Source of the DNA: Salpingoeca rosetta
Taxonomy: Eukaryota > Protista > Choanoflagellata
Assembly (NCBI GenBank): GCA_033442325.1
Contig: JAWQFM010000025.1
Span: forward strand, 343,623-407,622
Reading direction: 5' to 3'
DNA length: 64,000 nt
Shown one piece after another: positions 1 to 18,495 of this stretch; positions within the stretch are counted from its first letter, which is position 1, and each line of letters starts with the position of its first letter. A program made the position numbers and the translations under genes. The notes beneath the pieces are model-generated. The model made no database searches. It was not told the DNA's origin and saw only the letters and a program-made list of their open reading frames with translations.

Positions 1-1075
1 CAATGTCCACGAGCTCGCCCGTCAGCACCAGCAGGCCATCAATCTGGGCACCTGATTGGCGTTGTTAAGCGGGAGACAGGGAGGGGGAGGGGATGTGTGG
101 AGATGAGATGAGATGGTGAGACGTGTGTTGGTTGAGACGTTGAGAGAGCTTGGCACAGCACTGCTCAAAACACCACTACCCACGAAACATGCAAAGTTGG
201 ACCCAACCACCACAACCCGAAAATCGAAACACCACCACCACACCACCACCACACCACCACCACCACCAACTCTTCTTGCCAACTTGCTCCTCTCACCACA
301 ACAAGCACACGCCACACCATCCCCTCCTCCTCTCCTCTCGTTTGCTTGCGCTTACCGAGGTCGTCCACCCATTGGACGGCAGAGTCCACGACGGTGGGCA
401 CGTTGTTGAACGCGGTGTCCTGGTCCTTGCTTGCCTCGAGGCCGACGATGATGAGGGCAAGGCCCGCGATGGAGCAGCAGATGAGCAGACCTCCGAGCGA
501 GAACGAGCAGCACTGGTCCGTGGACTCCAGGCGGCACTTGCCGCAGCAGCGACAGCACGACCAAATAAGGATGCCAATGAAACACAGAACGCCAATCACA
601 ATCACAGGTGCCACGCGCTTCACGCCAACATCCTGTGCGTACGACACGAGCTCGTTTTGATCCGTCAGTGCTGCACAATGCAATGATGCGTGTGTGTGTG
701 TGGACGGGGTGTGGAAGGGATTGAGGGGGGGGGGTGGAGCGAGTGCGACAAGTGGAAGAGAGGGGAGCGAGAGCGAGAAGGGGGGTAAGTGGGGGTGGGT
801 GAGGAGAGGCATTGGACAACGTGTGCATTTGAGCAGCAGCAAATTCACCACACAAGCAAGCCCACGCAAGCTACACTTAGCCACACACAAGCTATCCTCA
901 CAACCCTCCTCCTTCACACACACACACACACACACATGAACTTACGGTTGTTGGTGGTCCAGCGCTTGACTTGTTTGCCAGGGGTGTAGGTGGAGTCATC
1001 CGCGGCGTTGGCAGCAGACATGGCCACGGCGCACACGCACAGCGTGGCCAGCAGAAACAGGCGGGCAGCAGCCAT
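1..1075 (-). CDS. Tweety-family membrane protein, paralog A (5' part; runs off the left edge)
   Basis: Spliced exons 1075-946 (MAAARLFLLATLCVCAVAMSAANAADDSTYTPGKQVKRWTTNN), 670-356 (..[38 protein letters not shown]2..VDSAVQWVDDL) and 51-1 (GAQIDGLLVLTGELVDI), with GT-AG introns in frame. Strongly similar to the + strand paralog, with the same first two intron positions. Confidence 0.85.
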
Positions 1076-1685
1076 CGTGGTTCGGGTGGTTGTCAGGAAC
1101 AGCTGAGAAGGTGTATGGAAATGCGCGGTGGGGGGGGGGGCTGGGGTTTGTGTGTGCGCTGTGCTGCAAGCGGTGGTTGAAGGTGGTGGTCGTCGTCACA
1201 CACGGCTGCAGGGCTCAGCACTGCAGGCTCAGCAGCAGCACAACCTCGGTCTGGAATGGAGGACGGTGGGTGTGTGTGTTTGGGGGCACAAAACTGCACC
1301 GCCTCTCGCGCACCCACACACGTCTTGCCAACCACAGGCCAAACAAAACCCAACACGAAGAGCGCGGTTCGGTGCACCGAAGTGACGTCAGTTCCTGTTC
1401 TGGCTGCATCGAATCAATAGTTCACAACGCTCCCGCTTGATGATTCGAAGCGGCGTTTTGTTGACTAAACACGTTTCAGCAATATCTTCGTGCTAATTTC
1501 GTCAGTGCGAAAAGCTGTCAAAAAGCGACTTTGTTTCTTCTTCGAAACCGCGAACCGCGACAACAAAAAACCGACAGACCACACCACGACAACCCCATTC
1601 TCCGCCCACCACCGTTTCGTCCTTGCACCACGACCAGAAGCAAAGCAAGAGCCCGACCGACGAAAGCACACACCAACACACCACC

Positions 1686-1883
1686 ATGCTGAAGAAGCTG
1701 TCGCCGACCGTGCGGGCATGGCTGCCAACCGTGCTGGTGGCCCTAGTTTCCATGGCGGGCGTCTTCATCGTCGCTCAAAACAACCTCGACTACGAGCTCT
1801 ACAGCCCCGGACCACAAGTCAGGCGCTGGCACTCCGATTTCAGTGCGTGCAATGTGGGCGTGGTGTTGTGGTGGCATGTGTAT

Positions 1884-1925
<42 letters not shown>

Positions 1926-2561
1926 TGTGGAAGGGGCGTGGTTAAGAACGGGGATGGCTTTGAACGACAGTGCTCATCCGCTCACCCTTGATATCTTCCC
2001 TTCGCTTGCGATCCCCTTCCTTCATACATATCTCACCTCCATCCACACACGCACACACACACACACGTGTACACCGCATGCACGCGCACACCACGCGCAT
2101 ACACACGCACACATACACGCGCATACACACACATGCATGCACACACACACATACACGCGCATACACACACATGCATGCACACACACACACAACACGTACA
2201 TGCATGTACATACATGCATACACAGACCTTGACTTGAGCAACCTGGACTTTGATTCGCTGAAGGGCTATGCCCAGGATGTGGGCGTGAAGCGCGTCGCCC
2301 CCGTCATCATCGTTGGCGTGCTTTGCTTCATTGGCCTGCTCATCTGGACCTGCTGCCGCTGCTGCGGCAAGTGCCGCCTCACGGACGCCTCCACTTGCTG
2401 CAAGACCGTGCTCATGCTGCTCCTGCTCGGCACCCTCATCGCCGGCATCGCCATGATCAGCGTCGGCTTTGATGCAGATCGCCAGCAGTCCGACGCCATG
2501 GAGGCTGTCCCCGGCGTCGTCGACAACGTCGTGCAGTTCCTCCAAGACACAAGTCAGTGCG

Positions 2562-2636
<75 letters not shown>

Positions 2637-4773
2637 TGAGTGTGTGTGTGAGTGTGTGAGTGTATCTTCATGTTTGCATTTGGCAATCTTTTTGGCACCT
2701 GCCAGTCAATTCAGTTCTTCCTGTTTCTGTGCGTGTGTGTGTGTGTGGGGGGGGGTTCTTCTATCCACACATTGTAACCTCTGTCACCCATCCACTCGTG
2801 TGGTTGTATTGCACACCATAGGCGACTATGTTGTGGAGCTCGGTGCCGTTGCCGACGACCTCGCCGCCAACACCGTCGCGCTGCTTGAGGCAGACAACGG
2901 TACGCGCGTGCGGTGACAATATGAAATGAGGCGCAATGACGTGCACGTGTGTTGGGTGGGGGAGTGAGGTTGCAGTACGCTGTGTGCAGGTGCATCCCTG
3001 TGTGGCATGCGCGCCAAATGTAATTCCTCCCTCACCTATGAGACGCACTCTTCCTCACCTCTTTGACCTCGTTCACGCACACACACACACGCACACTGCA
3101 GGGACGGGCGTGATTACGCAGTCGACGGTGCAGGACCTGAACGACGCCGTTGATCTGATTGAGACACTGGCGGACAGCATCGACACGGAGGTCAGCGACA
3201 TCGACCTCACCCAGCTCGAGGACTTCTCAGATAACGGTGTGTGTGTGACAGTGTGTGTGTGTGTGTGTGACAGTGGGACAGTGTGTGTGTGGGTGTGTGT
3301 GCTCATGCACGTGCATCAGACTTGCCCGTTGCTCGCATGCACGCGTTCTTACCGTTCTTGTGTGTATTGTTCAAACATGCGCGCCTGCAGTTGACAAGTA
3401 CAACGAGCAGCGCCATCTTGGTCTCGTCATTGTCCTCGCCGTGCTCCTCTCCCTCGTCCTTCTCGAAGGTACAGCTCAAAGATGCACGCACACGCGCGTG
3501 CTTGTCATTGCTTGCGGTGCTGACGCGCATCCCGTGTGTGCGTCCGCATTAGCTACATACACACACAGACACATACACACACACAGACACATACACACAC
3601 GCACACACACACATACACGCACGCACACACACACACACATACACACACGCACGCACACACACACACACACACACTCTCACAAGCCCCGTCTCCACCACCA
3701 TCTTTCCAACACCCTCCGCCCCAGGTCTGTTTGCGCTGCTGAATGCGTATGCGGGCGACGACTACAAGCCAAAGAAGAACTGCATGCGCTACTTCACCCC
3801 CGTCATCGGCATTCTCGCCATGATTGTTCTCCTCGTCCTCTGGGTACGCACCGTCGGTGTGGCGTGATTGCAGAGGGGGGGGGGTTGCTGGTTTACGTGT
3901 TTGTTTGTTTGCTCGTGTGTGCACTGTTGATGTGCCCTCATCTTCGCTCGTGTGTGCACTGTTGATGTGCCCTCATCTTCGTTCGTGTGTGCACTGTTGA
4001 TGTGCCCTCATCTTCGCTCGTGTGTGCACTGTTGATGTGCCCTCATCTCCTCTGCCTGTATCCTCAATCTCATTTCTTCCTCACCCACTCTAACCCCCTC
4101 ACGCACACACACAAACACACGTCTTCAACCCCGTCTCCCCAACACCTCACCCTCCTCCCCAACACCTCTCCCCTTTCTGTCACACACACACAGATCTTGT
4201 CTGGTGCGCTGGTGGGCATCATGACGGCGTCGTCGGACGTGTGCTACGACCCCAACACGCAGTTCACGAACCTGCTGGAGGATACGTCCAACAGCCAGGA
4301 CGTCAACGACCTCATCTCCTTCTTCATCAACTGTGGACAGGATCCCACCCTCCCAAACCCACTCCAGAGGTGGGAGGGGGCGTAGTGTGTGTCTGTGCGC
4401 GTGCGTCCGTGCGCGTGTGTGTGTTTGTGGGTGTCTGTCTGTCTCCGTGTCTGTGTGTCTCTGTGTACTTGTTTTTATTCTGTCACCTCGCGCTTGCTCA
4501 TGTTTCCGACACTCCACATTCCATCCCTCGCCCTCCGCGTCGAAACTCACCCTCGTGCACCCCCCCCCCCTCTTCTACACCACACCACCACCACCAGCGA
4601 CATCAACGGTATTCTGTCATCGCTGAACGATTCGCAGGTGTACGTGCTTGACCTGCGCCAGGAGGTGCGCGACGAGCCAAACTGCGACACGCCGCAGTAC
4701 AACAGCACGTGCGAGGCCATCGCGGCCGCCCTTGCCGTGAGTACACCCGGCACCATTCCTGCGTCACGTGTGT

Positions 4774-4849
<76 letters not shown>

Positions 4850-5721
4850 CAGGACGATGCGTTGCCTGCACTCTACATGGAGGAAGAAGGGATTCTTGGC
4901 AGGCGCTCATTGATTATATACACACATCACATCACAACACCACACAACACCACACCACACCACACCACATCACCCGTCGTCTTGCGCCTCAGAACACAAC
5001 GCGTATCCTAGATGACCTTGAGGAAGTGCTCGGCGCAAACACAATCGACTCGACCGGCAACGCACGTGATGGCTTCCTCTCCCTCGCCGGCTGCTACGGC
5101 CTCAACGAACGGTGTGTGCGTGCGTGAGTGAGTGTGTGTGTGTGTGTGTGATGTGATGTGTGTTGTCGTGGTAGCTTTGCTGACTAGGACACGGCTGTCC
5201 TTGCCTCCGCCCCCCACCTCGCTCTGCCAACTCCCACCCAATAACCCCTCTCCCCCCCCCACCTAAAAACACATCCTCCTCCCCTGCAGGTACAACCTTG
5301 TGCTGCGGACGTTCTGCGGCGATGCGGTGGAGGCGCTCGGGAAGTCAACAGAGGTCGTGCTTGGCTTTGCCGTCATCTACGTCTTCACACAAGTCTTCAT
5401 CAGGTGCGTGTGTGCGTGTGTGTGTGTCTGTGTGTCTGTGTGTCTGTGTGTGTGTGTGTCTGTGTCTGTGTCTGTGTGTGTGTGTGTGTGTGTGCACGCG
5501 TGTGTTACGTTTTCCCGTGCACGTGTGTGTCGTATTTTGTAACCGCCTGTCATCCCCCTTACCATTCCCACCTGCTCCCTGCCCCCCCCCTCCGCCCCGG
5601 AACTCCTGTACGTATTCCCCGATCTCACCCACCACATCCACCACCATTACCACCACCACCACCACTCCGGCAGGCGGACACCGGTCTCGATGAAGATGAT
5701 GACACGTCCAAGGTCCTGTAG
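1686..5721 (+). CDS. Tweety-family (TTYH-like) 5-TM protein, paralog B, about 11 exons
   Basis: Exons approx. 1686-1842, 2226-2552, 2822-2899, 3102-3236, 3391-3468, 3725-3843, 4194-4368, 4599-4737, 4993-5111, 5290-~5405 and ~5674-5721. Tweety hallmarks: TM1-CCRCC-TM2; TM4-ASSDVCYDP (cf. SDFCxxP); FFINC..PNPLQ (cf. YYLxC..NPFQ); [26 protein letters not shown] (cf. LLxCRSLHKDY..ALRGLCEDALEGL) then TM5. The frame of the last exon is uncertain. Confidence 0.85.
3911..4048. repeat. Intronic 35-bp tandem repeat, about 3.9 copies
   Basis: Unit gctcgtgtgtgcactgttgatgtgccctcatcttc starts at 3911, 3946, 3981 and 4016. Confidence 0.9.
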
Positions 5722-6153
5722 ACTGTAGCGCGCCTTCCACCCGAGAATACATACACTACAGACATGCATCCTGTATCCACACCTGCCGTCCTACGTTCCG
5801 TTGTTGTTGTTGTTGTTGTTGACGAGGTGTTTGGTTTCAAGTGGCTGCGCCTTTGTGGTTTGGGAGTGCTATTCTGCTGGCTCGCTTGTTGTGTGTCACT
5901 GAACTGCTGTTGGCTGTGATGATGTGACGATGGCATGGCGGCGACGCGTTTTTGATTCCACAACAAAAATCAAAATGTCTTCTCCTCCGCCTCTGCATGT
6001 TTCTGGTTCCATGATGGCGTCATGTTGTCGGTGTTGCTGTTGTGAGACATAAACCCATACACGTCACCATTTTCCTTGCTTGCTTCAACGACAACATGGA
6101 GAGAAAGTGTGTGGGTGGAGGCGGGGTTGAGCTTGAGTGAGACCAACGCGCGT

Positions 6154-6275
<122 letters not shown>

Positions 6276-7117
6276 TCTTTGTTTTCGAAACTTCCAGCAA
6301 ATCATTCACGACAAATCACAGCAGTGTTTGGATTTGTTGGTCTCAGCCAGTGGCAAGCAGCTCCAGTTTTGTGCCAAGAAGAAGACACACACATCCACGT
6401 ACACCACACACCACCACATAGACTACACCCCATACATGCNNNNNNNNNNNNNNNNNNNNNNNNNNNNNNNNNNNNNNNNNNNNNNNNNNNNNNNNNNNNN
6501 NNNNNNNNNNNNNNNNNNNNNNNNNNNNNNNNNNNNNNNNNNNNNNNNNNNNNNNNNNNNNNNNNNNNNNNNNNNNNNNNNNNNNNNNNNNNNNNNNNNN
6601 NNNNNNNNNNNNNNNNNNNNNNNNNNNNNNNNNNNNNNNNNNNNNNNNNNNNNNNNNNNNNNNNNNNNNNNNNNNNNNNNNNNNNNNNNNNNNNNNNNNN
6701 NNNNNNNNNNNNNNNNNNNNNNNNNNNNNNNNNNNNNNNNNNNNNNNNNNNNNNNNNNNNNNNNNNNNNNNNNNNNNNNNNNNNNNNNNNNNNNNNNNNN
6801 NNNNNNNNNNNNNNNNNNNNNNNNNNNNNNNNNNNNNNNNNNNNNNNNNNNNNNNNNNNNNNNNNNNNNNNNNNNNNNNNNNNNNNNNNNNNNNNNNNNN
6901 NNNNNNNNNNNNNNNNNNNNNNNNNNNNNNNNNNNNNNNNNNNNNNNNNNNNNNNNNNNNNNNNNNNNNNNNNNNNNNNNNNNNNNNCACACACGCACAC
7001 GCACACAAGACACACGCACACAAGACACACGCACACAAGACACACGCACACAAGACACACGCACACACACGCTGGTTGTTCATAACCTCACACTCCCCTC
7101 CCTTCCATCTGACACAG

Positions 7118-13039
<5,922 letters not shown>

Positions 13040-13249
13040 ATCGTCCAGCAGAATCCGGGTTTGTGTGTGTGTGTCTGTGTGTGTCTGTGTGTGTCTGTGT
13101 GTGTGTGTGTGTCTGTGTCTGTGTGTGTATGTGTGTGTGTGTCTGTGTGNNNNNNNNNNNNNNNNNNNNNNNNNNNNNNNNNNNNNNNNNNNNNNNNNNN
13201 NNNNNNNNNNNNNNNNNNNNNNNNNNNNNNNNNNNNNNNNNNNNNNNNN

Positions 13250-13361
<112 letters not shown>

Positions 13362-13945
13362 TTCTTTGTGTGTGTGCAATTTCATGTGCTTTCCTAAGCT
13401 GTCAGTGTGGTGTCCTGGTGTGCCGTGTGCTCGCGTCCCGTTCAGTCGCCAATTGGCGTGTCGGTTATATCTCGGACATGCGTTACTTTTGACTTCGCTC
13501 CTGCGTTTACCAAGCTCTCAGTCGTGTTGCCTGCCAGGTTGCTTGTTTCGCGTAGCTGTTGTCTCCCGCTTGCATTCGTATTTGTTTCAGCTTCGATACG
13601 CTTCGCTTCCCATTTCTTCTCGTTTTTGTGGTGTGTTGATCAGTTCTGCAAGCACGTGTTCGCTCAAGCCAGTGCTAATTACTTCACTGCCACAAGACTG
13701 GCGAAGGTGGGCAGTGAAGGAGATGACGAGAGGACAAGAGGAGAACGCACAAGACAGATGACGGGAGAACGCACACGATAGATGACAGACGGACAAGCAA
13801 GAGGGCAAACACAAACAAACACACAAACACAAACATTGAATATTGACCATATTTTCACATACTTTTCATCTCAGCACACTGCCACCCACTGGACTTGAGT
13901 TGGATGTGAGAACAACATAGAACAACAACAAGACAACAGCCAAAC

Positions 13946-15388
13946 ATGAAGCGGCGCGCGAGCATGACAGACGAGGTTGCATTGATGCTTTCTGATGACG
14001 ACGATGACGGCGGTGACGATGGTGCTGCTGATGGGATTGATGTACCGGCATCAGCAGTGGGTGATGTGCCCCTGACAAAGAGAAATCGCACCACGGGCAG
14101 TACACGAACGCAAGGCAATGCCTTTGCACGCCTGAGCAGGCCACGCCCGCTGCCCTTGCCAGCACTGCCTTCGTCAAGAAGGAAAGGAGGAGGCGTGCAA
14201 GTTGTGCGCATGCCTCGCATGCCTCCGTTGTATGTTGACGAGCAGCATCGCGTCTCAGTGGGTCTGTCGTCCACGCGTTCATCGACGACCTCCTTGAAGC
14301 GCAGGACGACGCGCCGTCAGTCACAGAAGCAGACGCAACAGCAGCACCGACAGCAGCATCAGCGAGGCAAGAGCCACTCGCAACAGGGATCCACTCGCCC
14401 CGCTCGCCACACTGGCCACACCAGTAGCAAGGTCAAGATGCAGGCAACAGTGGGCAAGCGCTTCAAGTGTGACCAATGCAAGTACAAGACAGCTTACAAG
14501 GGACACCTGACATCACACAAGCGAACACACACTGGTGAGAAGCCATACAAGTGTGACCAGTGCAGTTTCAAGACAGCCCACAAGAAAAGCCTGACAACAC
14601 ACAAGCAAACGCACACTGGTGAGAAGCCATACAAGTGTGACCAGTGCGAGTACAGAACGGCGCGGCGTGATTGTTTACTCGCACACCAGAGAACACACAC
14701 TGGTGAGAAGCGACACAAGTGCGACCAGTGCGAGTACAAGACGGAACGCAAGCGTGACTTGCTCGCGCACCAGAGAACACACACTGGTGAGAAGCCGTTC
14801 AAGTGTGACCAGTGCGAGTACAAGACGGCACGCAAGCGTGACTTGCTCGCGCACCAGAAAAGACACACTGGTGAGAAGCCGTTCAAGTGTGACCAGTGCA
14901 GCTTCAAGACGGCCTACAAGCGAACTCTGACAACACACAAGCGGATTCACACTGGCGAAAAGCCATACAAGTGCGACCAGTGCAGCTTCAAGACGGCACA
15001 CAAGTCTACATTGGCCCGGCACAAGCGAACACACACTGGCGAGAAGACCTACAAATGCGACCAGTGCGACTACAAGACAGCGAACAAGAAACACCTGACA
15101 ACACACCAGAGAACACACATTGGTGAGAAGCCATACAACTGTGACCAGTGCAGCTTCAAGACGGCGTACAAGCACATTCTGACAACACACAAGCGGATTC
15201 ACACTGGCGAAAAGCCCTACAAGTGCGACCAGTGCGAGTACAAGACGGCGTACAAGCGAAACATGCCCAGACACAAGCGGATTCACACTGGCGAGAAGCC
15301 ATACAAATGCGACCAGTGCGAGTACAAGACGGCCTACAAGCAACACCTGACAACACACAAGCGGATTCACGCTGGCGAGAAGCCGTAG
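13946..15388 (+). CDS. Intronless tandem C2H2 zinc-finger protein (11 fingers)
   Basis: 480-aa ORF with 11 CxxC-x12-HxxxH fingers joined by (T)GEKP linkers. The N-terminus is basic/acidic low complexity with no KRAB, SET or BTB domain. Confidence 0.95.
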   Translation: MKRRASMTDEVALMLSDDDDDGGDDGAADGIDVPASAVGDVPLTKRNRTTGSTRTQGNAFARLSRPRPLPLPALPSSRRKGGGVQVVRMPRMPPLYVDEQHRVSVGLSSTRSSTTSLKRRTTRRQSQKQTQQQHRQQHQRGKSHSQQGSTRPARHTGHTSSKVKMQATVGKRFKCDQCKYKTAYKGHLTSHKRTHTGEKPYKCDQCSFKTAHKKSLTTHKQTHTGEKPYKCDQCEYRTARRDCLLAHQRTHTGEKRHKCDQCEYKTERKRDLLAHQRTHTGEKPFKCDQCEYKTARKRDLLAHQKRHTGEKPFKCDQCSFKTAYKRTLTTHKRIHTGEKPYKCDQCSFKTAHKSTLARHKRTHTGEKTYKCDQCDYKTANKKHLTTHQRTHIGEKPYNCDQCSFKTAYKHILTTHKRIHTGEKPYKCDQCEYKTAYKRNMPRHKRIHTGEKPYKCDQCEYKTAYKQHLTTHKRIHAGEKP

Positions 15389-15390
15389 CG

Positions 15391-15468
15391 TACAAGTATG
15401 ACCTGTGCGAGTACCGGGCTGTTTGCCGAGGTGATGTCTCGAGGCACGTGAAACGCATGCATGACTGA
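15391..15468 (+). pseudogene. Decayed 12th zinc finger stranded behind the stop codon
   Basis: After GAG AAG CCG, five extra bases (tagcg) create a stop and frameshift. The sequence then reads [25 protein letters not shown], matching the paralog's last finger YKCDHCEYRGFCQADVSRHVTLKHG*, with the first Cys changed to Tyr. Confidence 0.8.
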
Positions 15469-15674
15469 ATAGACAGTGACATGCGCGTAACAGCTGTGAC
15501 GTTGGCGACCATGATCACGACGACTTGTACATCCTGAAGGGCGAGTACGTCTACTTTCTTGTGTGCTGAGATGACTGTGTACTCAGTCAATAAACTTGGC
15601 TTTGAACGCGTAAAAGCGGCTTGCTTGTAAGTGAGGCGAGGAGACGCACCACACACAACGGATGCGATGACGTC

Positions 15675-15710
<36 letters not shown>

Positions 15711-15894
15711 CACATACACACGCCCACACACACACGCCCACACACACACACACACACGCCCACACACACACACACACACACGCACACACACACACACACA
15801 CACACGCACACACACACACACGCACGCACACACACACACACACGCACCCTGCCCTCTCCGACAAGAGAAGACTGCAAACGACGGCTAACCATGG

Positions 15895-18495
15895 CTAGAG
15901 CTTCCCGTTCATACGCAACCCGGCTTCCAGCAGAATCCGCCTCATCTCTTCTGGCGACTGGTTTACGAATGTCGCGTCGGGCCATCGCCATTCCAATGAG
16001 TTGGTCCAGCAATCTTCCAACACGAGCGCCGGGAAGGGTGGAAGGCTGTCCACGCAGTCAAACGTGCAGTCAACCAGCAGGAGACGCTGCACGTTGCTGA
16101 TGCACGCAAAATCGCTGATGGCACACCCAAAGAGCCGGCAGTGGCGCACGTCCTTTATGAGGCTGACGTTCACGCTTCTGCTAACTTGTTGTTGCCACGC
16201 AGAGCGATCGTCATCATCATCGTCATCATCGTCATTATCGTCATCATCAACAGCAGTAGTAGAAGCACTCTTACCACTGTCTTTGTCAGCACCACCATCA
16301 CCACGACAATCATCTCCACGACAATCACCACCACCACCACAACCGCCGTCATCGCCATCACCATCATCGTCATCACCACCACCATTCCTCCGTGCGCCAG
16401 ATTTCGCCAGCCGATTCGTCTCCCCCTCCCTCGACTGCCGGTGGAGCGCTGTGGTCAGTCCGGCAACGGTGGCTCTCTCGATGTGCAGCGAGGTGATCGA
16501 CGCCATGGCGACAGATCCTTGGCAGGAGCTCAGGCGCACGTGCTCGCAGTCGGTAATGTCTCCCTCGACTCTGCATGTCATGAGGTCAAGCAGCTTTCGC
16601 CCAGACAGCAAGTGCAGGTCGTGCACGGTAACGGCTCCTTCACCCTCATCATCGTCTGTGTCTTGCTCAAGCAATAACTGCGGCACGTGTTGCATGAAGC
16701 TGCAATGAATGTCGCACTTGAAATGCACCTTGAGCAGCCGAACACACGGTGGCACTGGCGCATTCACGTGCCTTGTTGTCAAAAACACGACGACATGGCT
16801 CGGGATGGCGTTCAGACTTCGGATGTCCTCAACACAGTGTCCGAGGATCAGCCTGTCCACACGGCGGCCAAGGGCAGCCAGCTGCTCCGGTGGAAGCACA
16901 ACGGGTTCTGCAGCCGTGCTCGCAAACCTCACCAGGCCTGCGTGTTCAAAGTCGGGCAACAACGGTGGCGACGGCGAGTTGTCGTCAATTTCAAGCTCGG
17001 TAATGTGGCTCGGGCACGTGAGCCGCTTCACGTTTGAGTTGTTGAGCAGCTCAATGTGTGTGGCGTTGGGGAGGTGTAACACATCAGGGACGGTCCTGAG
17101 GCCACGAAACGACACGTGGGTTGCGTTCAACGTGTTGATTTCAAGCGGCGAGGCGCGCAGCTCCAAGATTTTTGCGGCTGCAATGGCCTCCTGTCCACGT
17201 GAACACTTGAACTTGTCAAGAAGCAGCTCCTCTGCACCAATCACCGGCGTGAGGTCGCTTGTCTCACCAAACGTGCTTGAGAGGCTCACCCTGGCCAACC
17301 TGCCCTCGGCGAGGTAGCTCAGGTCATCGATGGTGTCCCACATGGCGGAGAAGTCAATGCATCGCACACGCTGCAAGTTACAGCGACTCGCCAAATGTCC
17401 TGTTGTTGCACTCCAACAAAACTGGTCCACATCACGCACATCGACATCGTACGAGGCATAATCAAATCTGTCCGAGAGAATGAAGATGGTGATGTCGCAC
17501 GCCTTAATTAAGGTGAAGTTCGCTTTGCCTGCGGTCAGGTACACATATTCTCCTCGCACGCCTGCAAGCGTGGTCGTGCGAAGCTTATGCCAAAGATCGG
17601 CATCTTCCTGTTTGAAGAGCTCAGTCCTGAGAGAGAACACCGCAGGAGCAGCGCGAAGAGCACATCGTTGGTGTTGCTGGTGCTCGTATTGCCGGTGGTG
17701 CTCATGTCGCTGGTGCTGTTGCTTGTGCTGAATTTCTTCTTCGTCCCCTTTCGCATCTTCTTCCTTGCCCTCCTCCTCGTGTTCTGCTTGGTGCTGCGGC
17801 TTCTTCGATGGCACTGCGTCAGCGCGGGGCTGTTTGAAGTGTTGTTCGTGTTTCTCGCACGCGTCTTCCAATCCATGTGCTGTATCACTGCGGTTCTGCC
17901 CTTGTTCGTGTCGTTGCACGCTCTCGTCCCACTTCTCAAGCGCGCTGAGCACGCCGAACCAGAGCCGACCGCATTGCCTGAATTTGTGCCAGAACCGGGC
18001 ATCGTGCACTTGTGCCGTGAGGAAGGAGCAGGAGCTGTCCCATGTGACGCCGAGCCAGCAGTGCACGAGAAATCGGTTCTGCAGCCAAGCGCCAATATCC
18101 GTGCAAACAGCGTCTGTATCCGTCGCTTCGTCACTGTCCTGGGACTGATACCAAGCGTACAGGGCGTCCCGCTCCACCTGGAATGTATCGATCCAGTCTT
18201 TGACTACCCGCGGTGTCTCTCTGATGCTTTTCTCCAAGGTCGAGGGGTAAGCGCACACGACAGCATCGGCAAACACATTGTAAAGGCACCACTTTGGCAT
18301 GGCCCATGGCAAGTCGTGGTACAGCTCACGGCACGTCAACATGAGGTTGAAGAAGGTGCGAGCAATGTCGCGTCTAACGCGAACACAATACACGTCGACA
18401 TCAACCGCTGCCTCCACCTGTGCGTCAACTGTAATTGGCGGCGGCACAAGCAGCTGCTCTGCAACCAGCGCCCACTCGCTCGCGTGTACACTCAT
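15895..18495 (-). CDS. Intronless 866-aa protein with a possible F-box-like N-terminus and degenerate LRR-like repeats
   Basis: Long complex ORF. N-terminal EWALVAEQLL...FFNLMLTCRELY resembles an F-box. The C-terminal half has LxxLxL-type repeats (LPNATHIELLN, HITELEID, ISNVQRLLLVDC) broken by acidic/Gly inserts. Domain calls are by eye. Confidence 0.7.
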   Translation of the reverse strand: MSVHASEWALVAEQLLVPPPITVDAQVEAAVDVDVYCVRVRRDIARTFFNLMLTCRELYHDLPWAMPKWCLYNVFADAVVCAYPSTLEKSIRETPRVVKDWIDTFQVERDALYAWYQSQDSDEATDTDAVCTDIGAWLQNRFLVHCWLGVTWDSSCSFLTAQVHDARFWHKFRQCGRLWFGVLSALEKWDESVQRHEQGQNRSDTAHGLEDACEKHEQHFKQPRADAVPSKKPQHQAEHEEEGKEEDAKGDEEEIQHKQQHQRHEHHRQYEHQQHQRCALRAAPAVFSLRTELFKQEDADLWHKLRTTTLAGVRGEYVYLTAGKANFTLIKACDITIFILSDRFDYASYDVDVRDVDQFCWSATTGHLASRCNLQRVRCIDFSAMWDTIDDLSYLAEGRLARVSLSSTFGETSDLTPVIGAEELLLDKFKCSRGQEAIAAAKILELRASPLEINTLNATHVSFRGLRTVPDVLHLPNATHIELLNNSNVKRLTCPSHITELEIDDNSPSPPLLPDFEHAGLVRFASTAAEPVVLPPEQLAALGRRVDRLILGHCVEDIRSLNAIPSHVVVFLTTRHVNAPVPPCVRLLKVHFKCDIHCSFMQHVPQLLLEQDTDDDEGEGAVTVHDLHLLSGRKLLDLMTCRVEGDITDCEHVRLSSCQGSVAMASITSLHIERATVAGLTTALHRQSREGETNRLAKSGARRNGGGDDDDGDGDDGGCGGGGDCRGDDCRGDGGADKDSGKSASTTAVDDDDNDDDDDDDDDRSAWQQQVSRSVNVSLIKDVRHCRLFGCAISDFACISNVQRLLLVDCTFDCVDSLPPFPALVLEDCWTNSLEWRWPDATFVNQSPEEMRRILLEAGLRMNGKL

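Noticed and set aside
1383-1390. CRE palindrome TGACGTCA in the Tweety divergent promoter
   Set aside because: A single 8-mer that also occurs in coding and downstream DNA (~11011, ~15668); not distinguishable from chance.
14675-15370. Antisense ORFs over the ZNF array (also 17587-18621 and 61177-61914)
   Set aside because: Shadow frames of repetitive or GC-rich coding sequence with no independent protein features.
15386-15388. Stop-codon readthrough in ZNF-1
   Set aside because: The downstream finger is out of frame and has lost a Cys, so decay is the simpler explanation.
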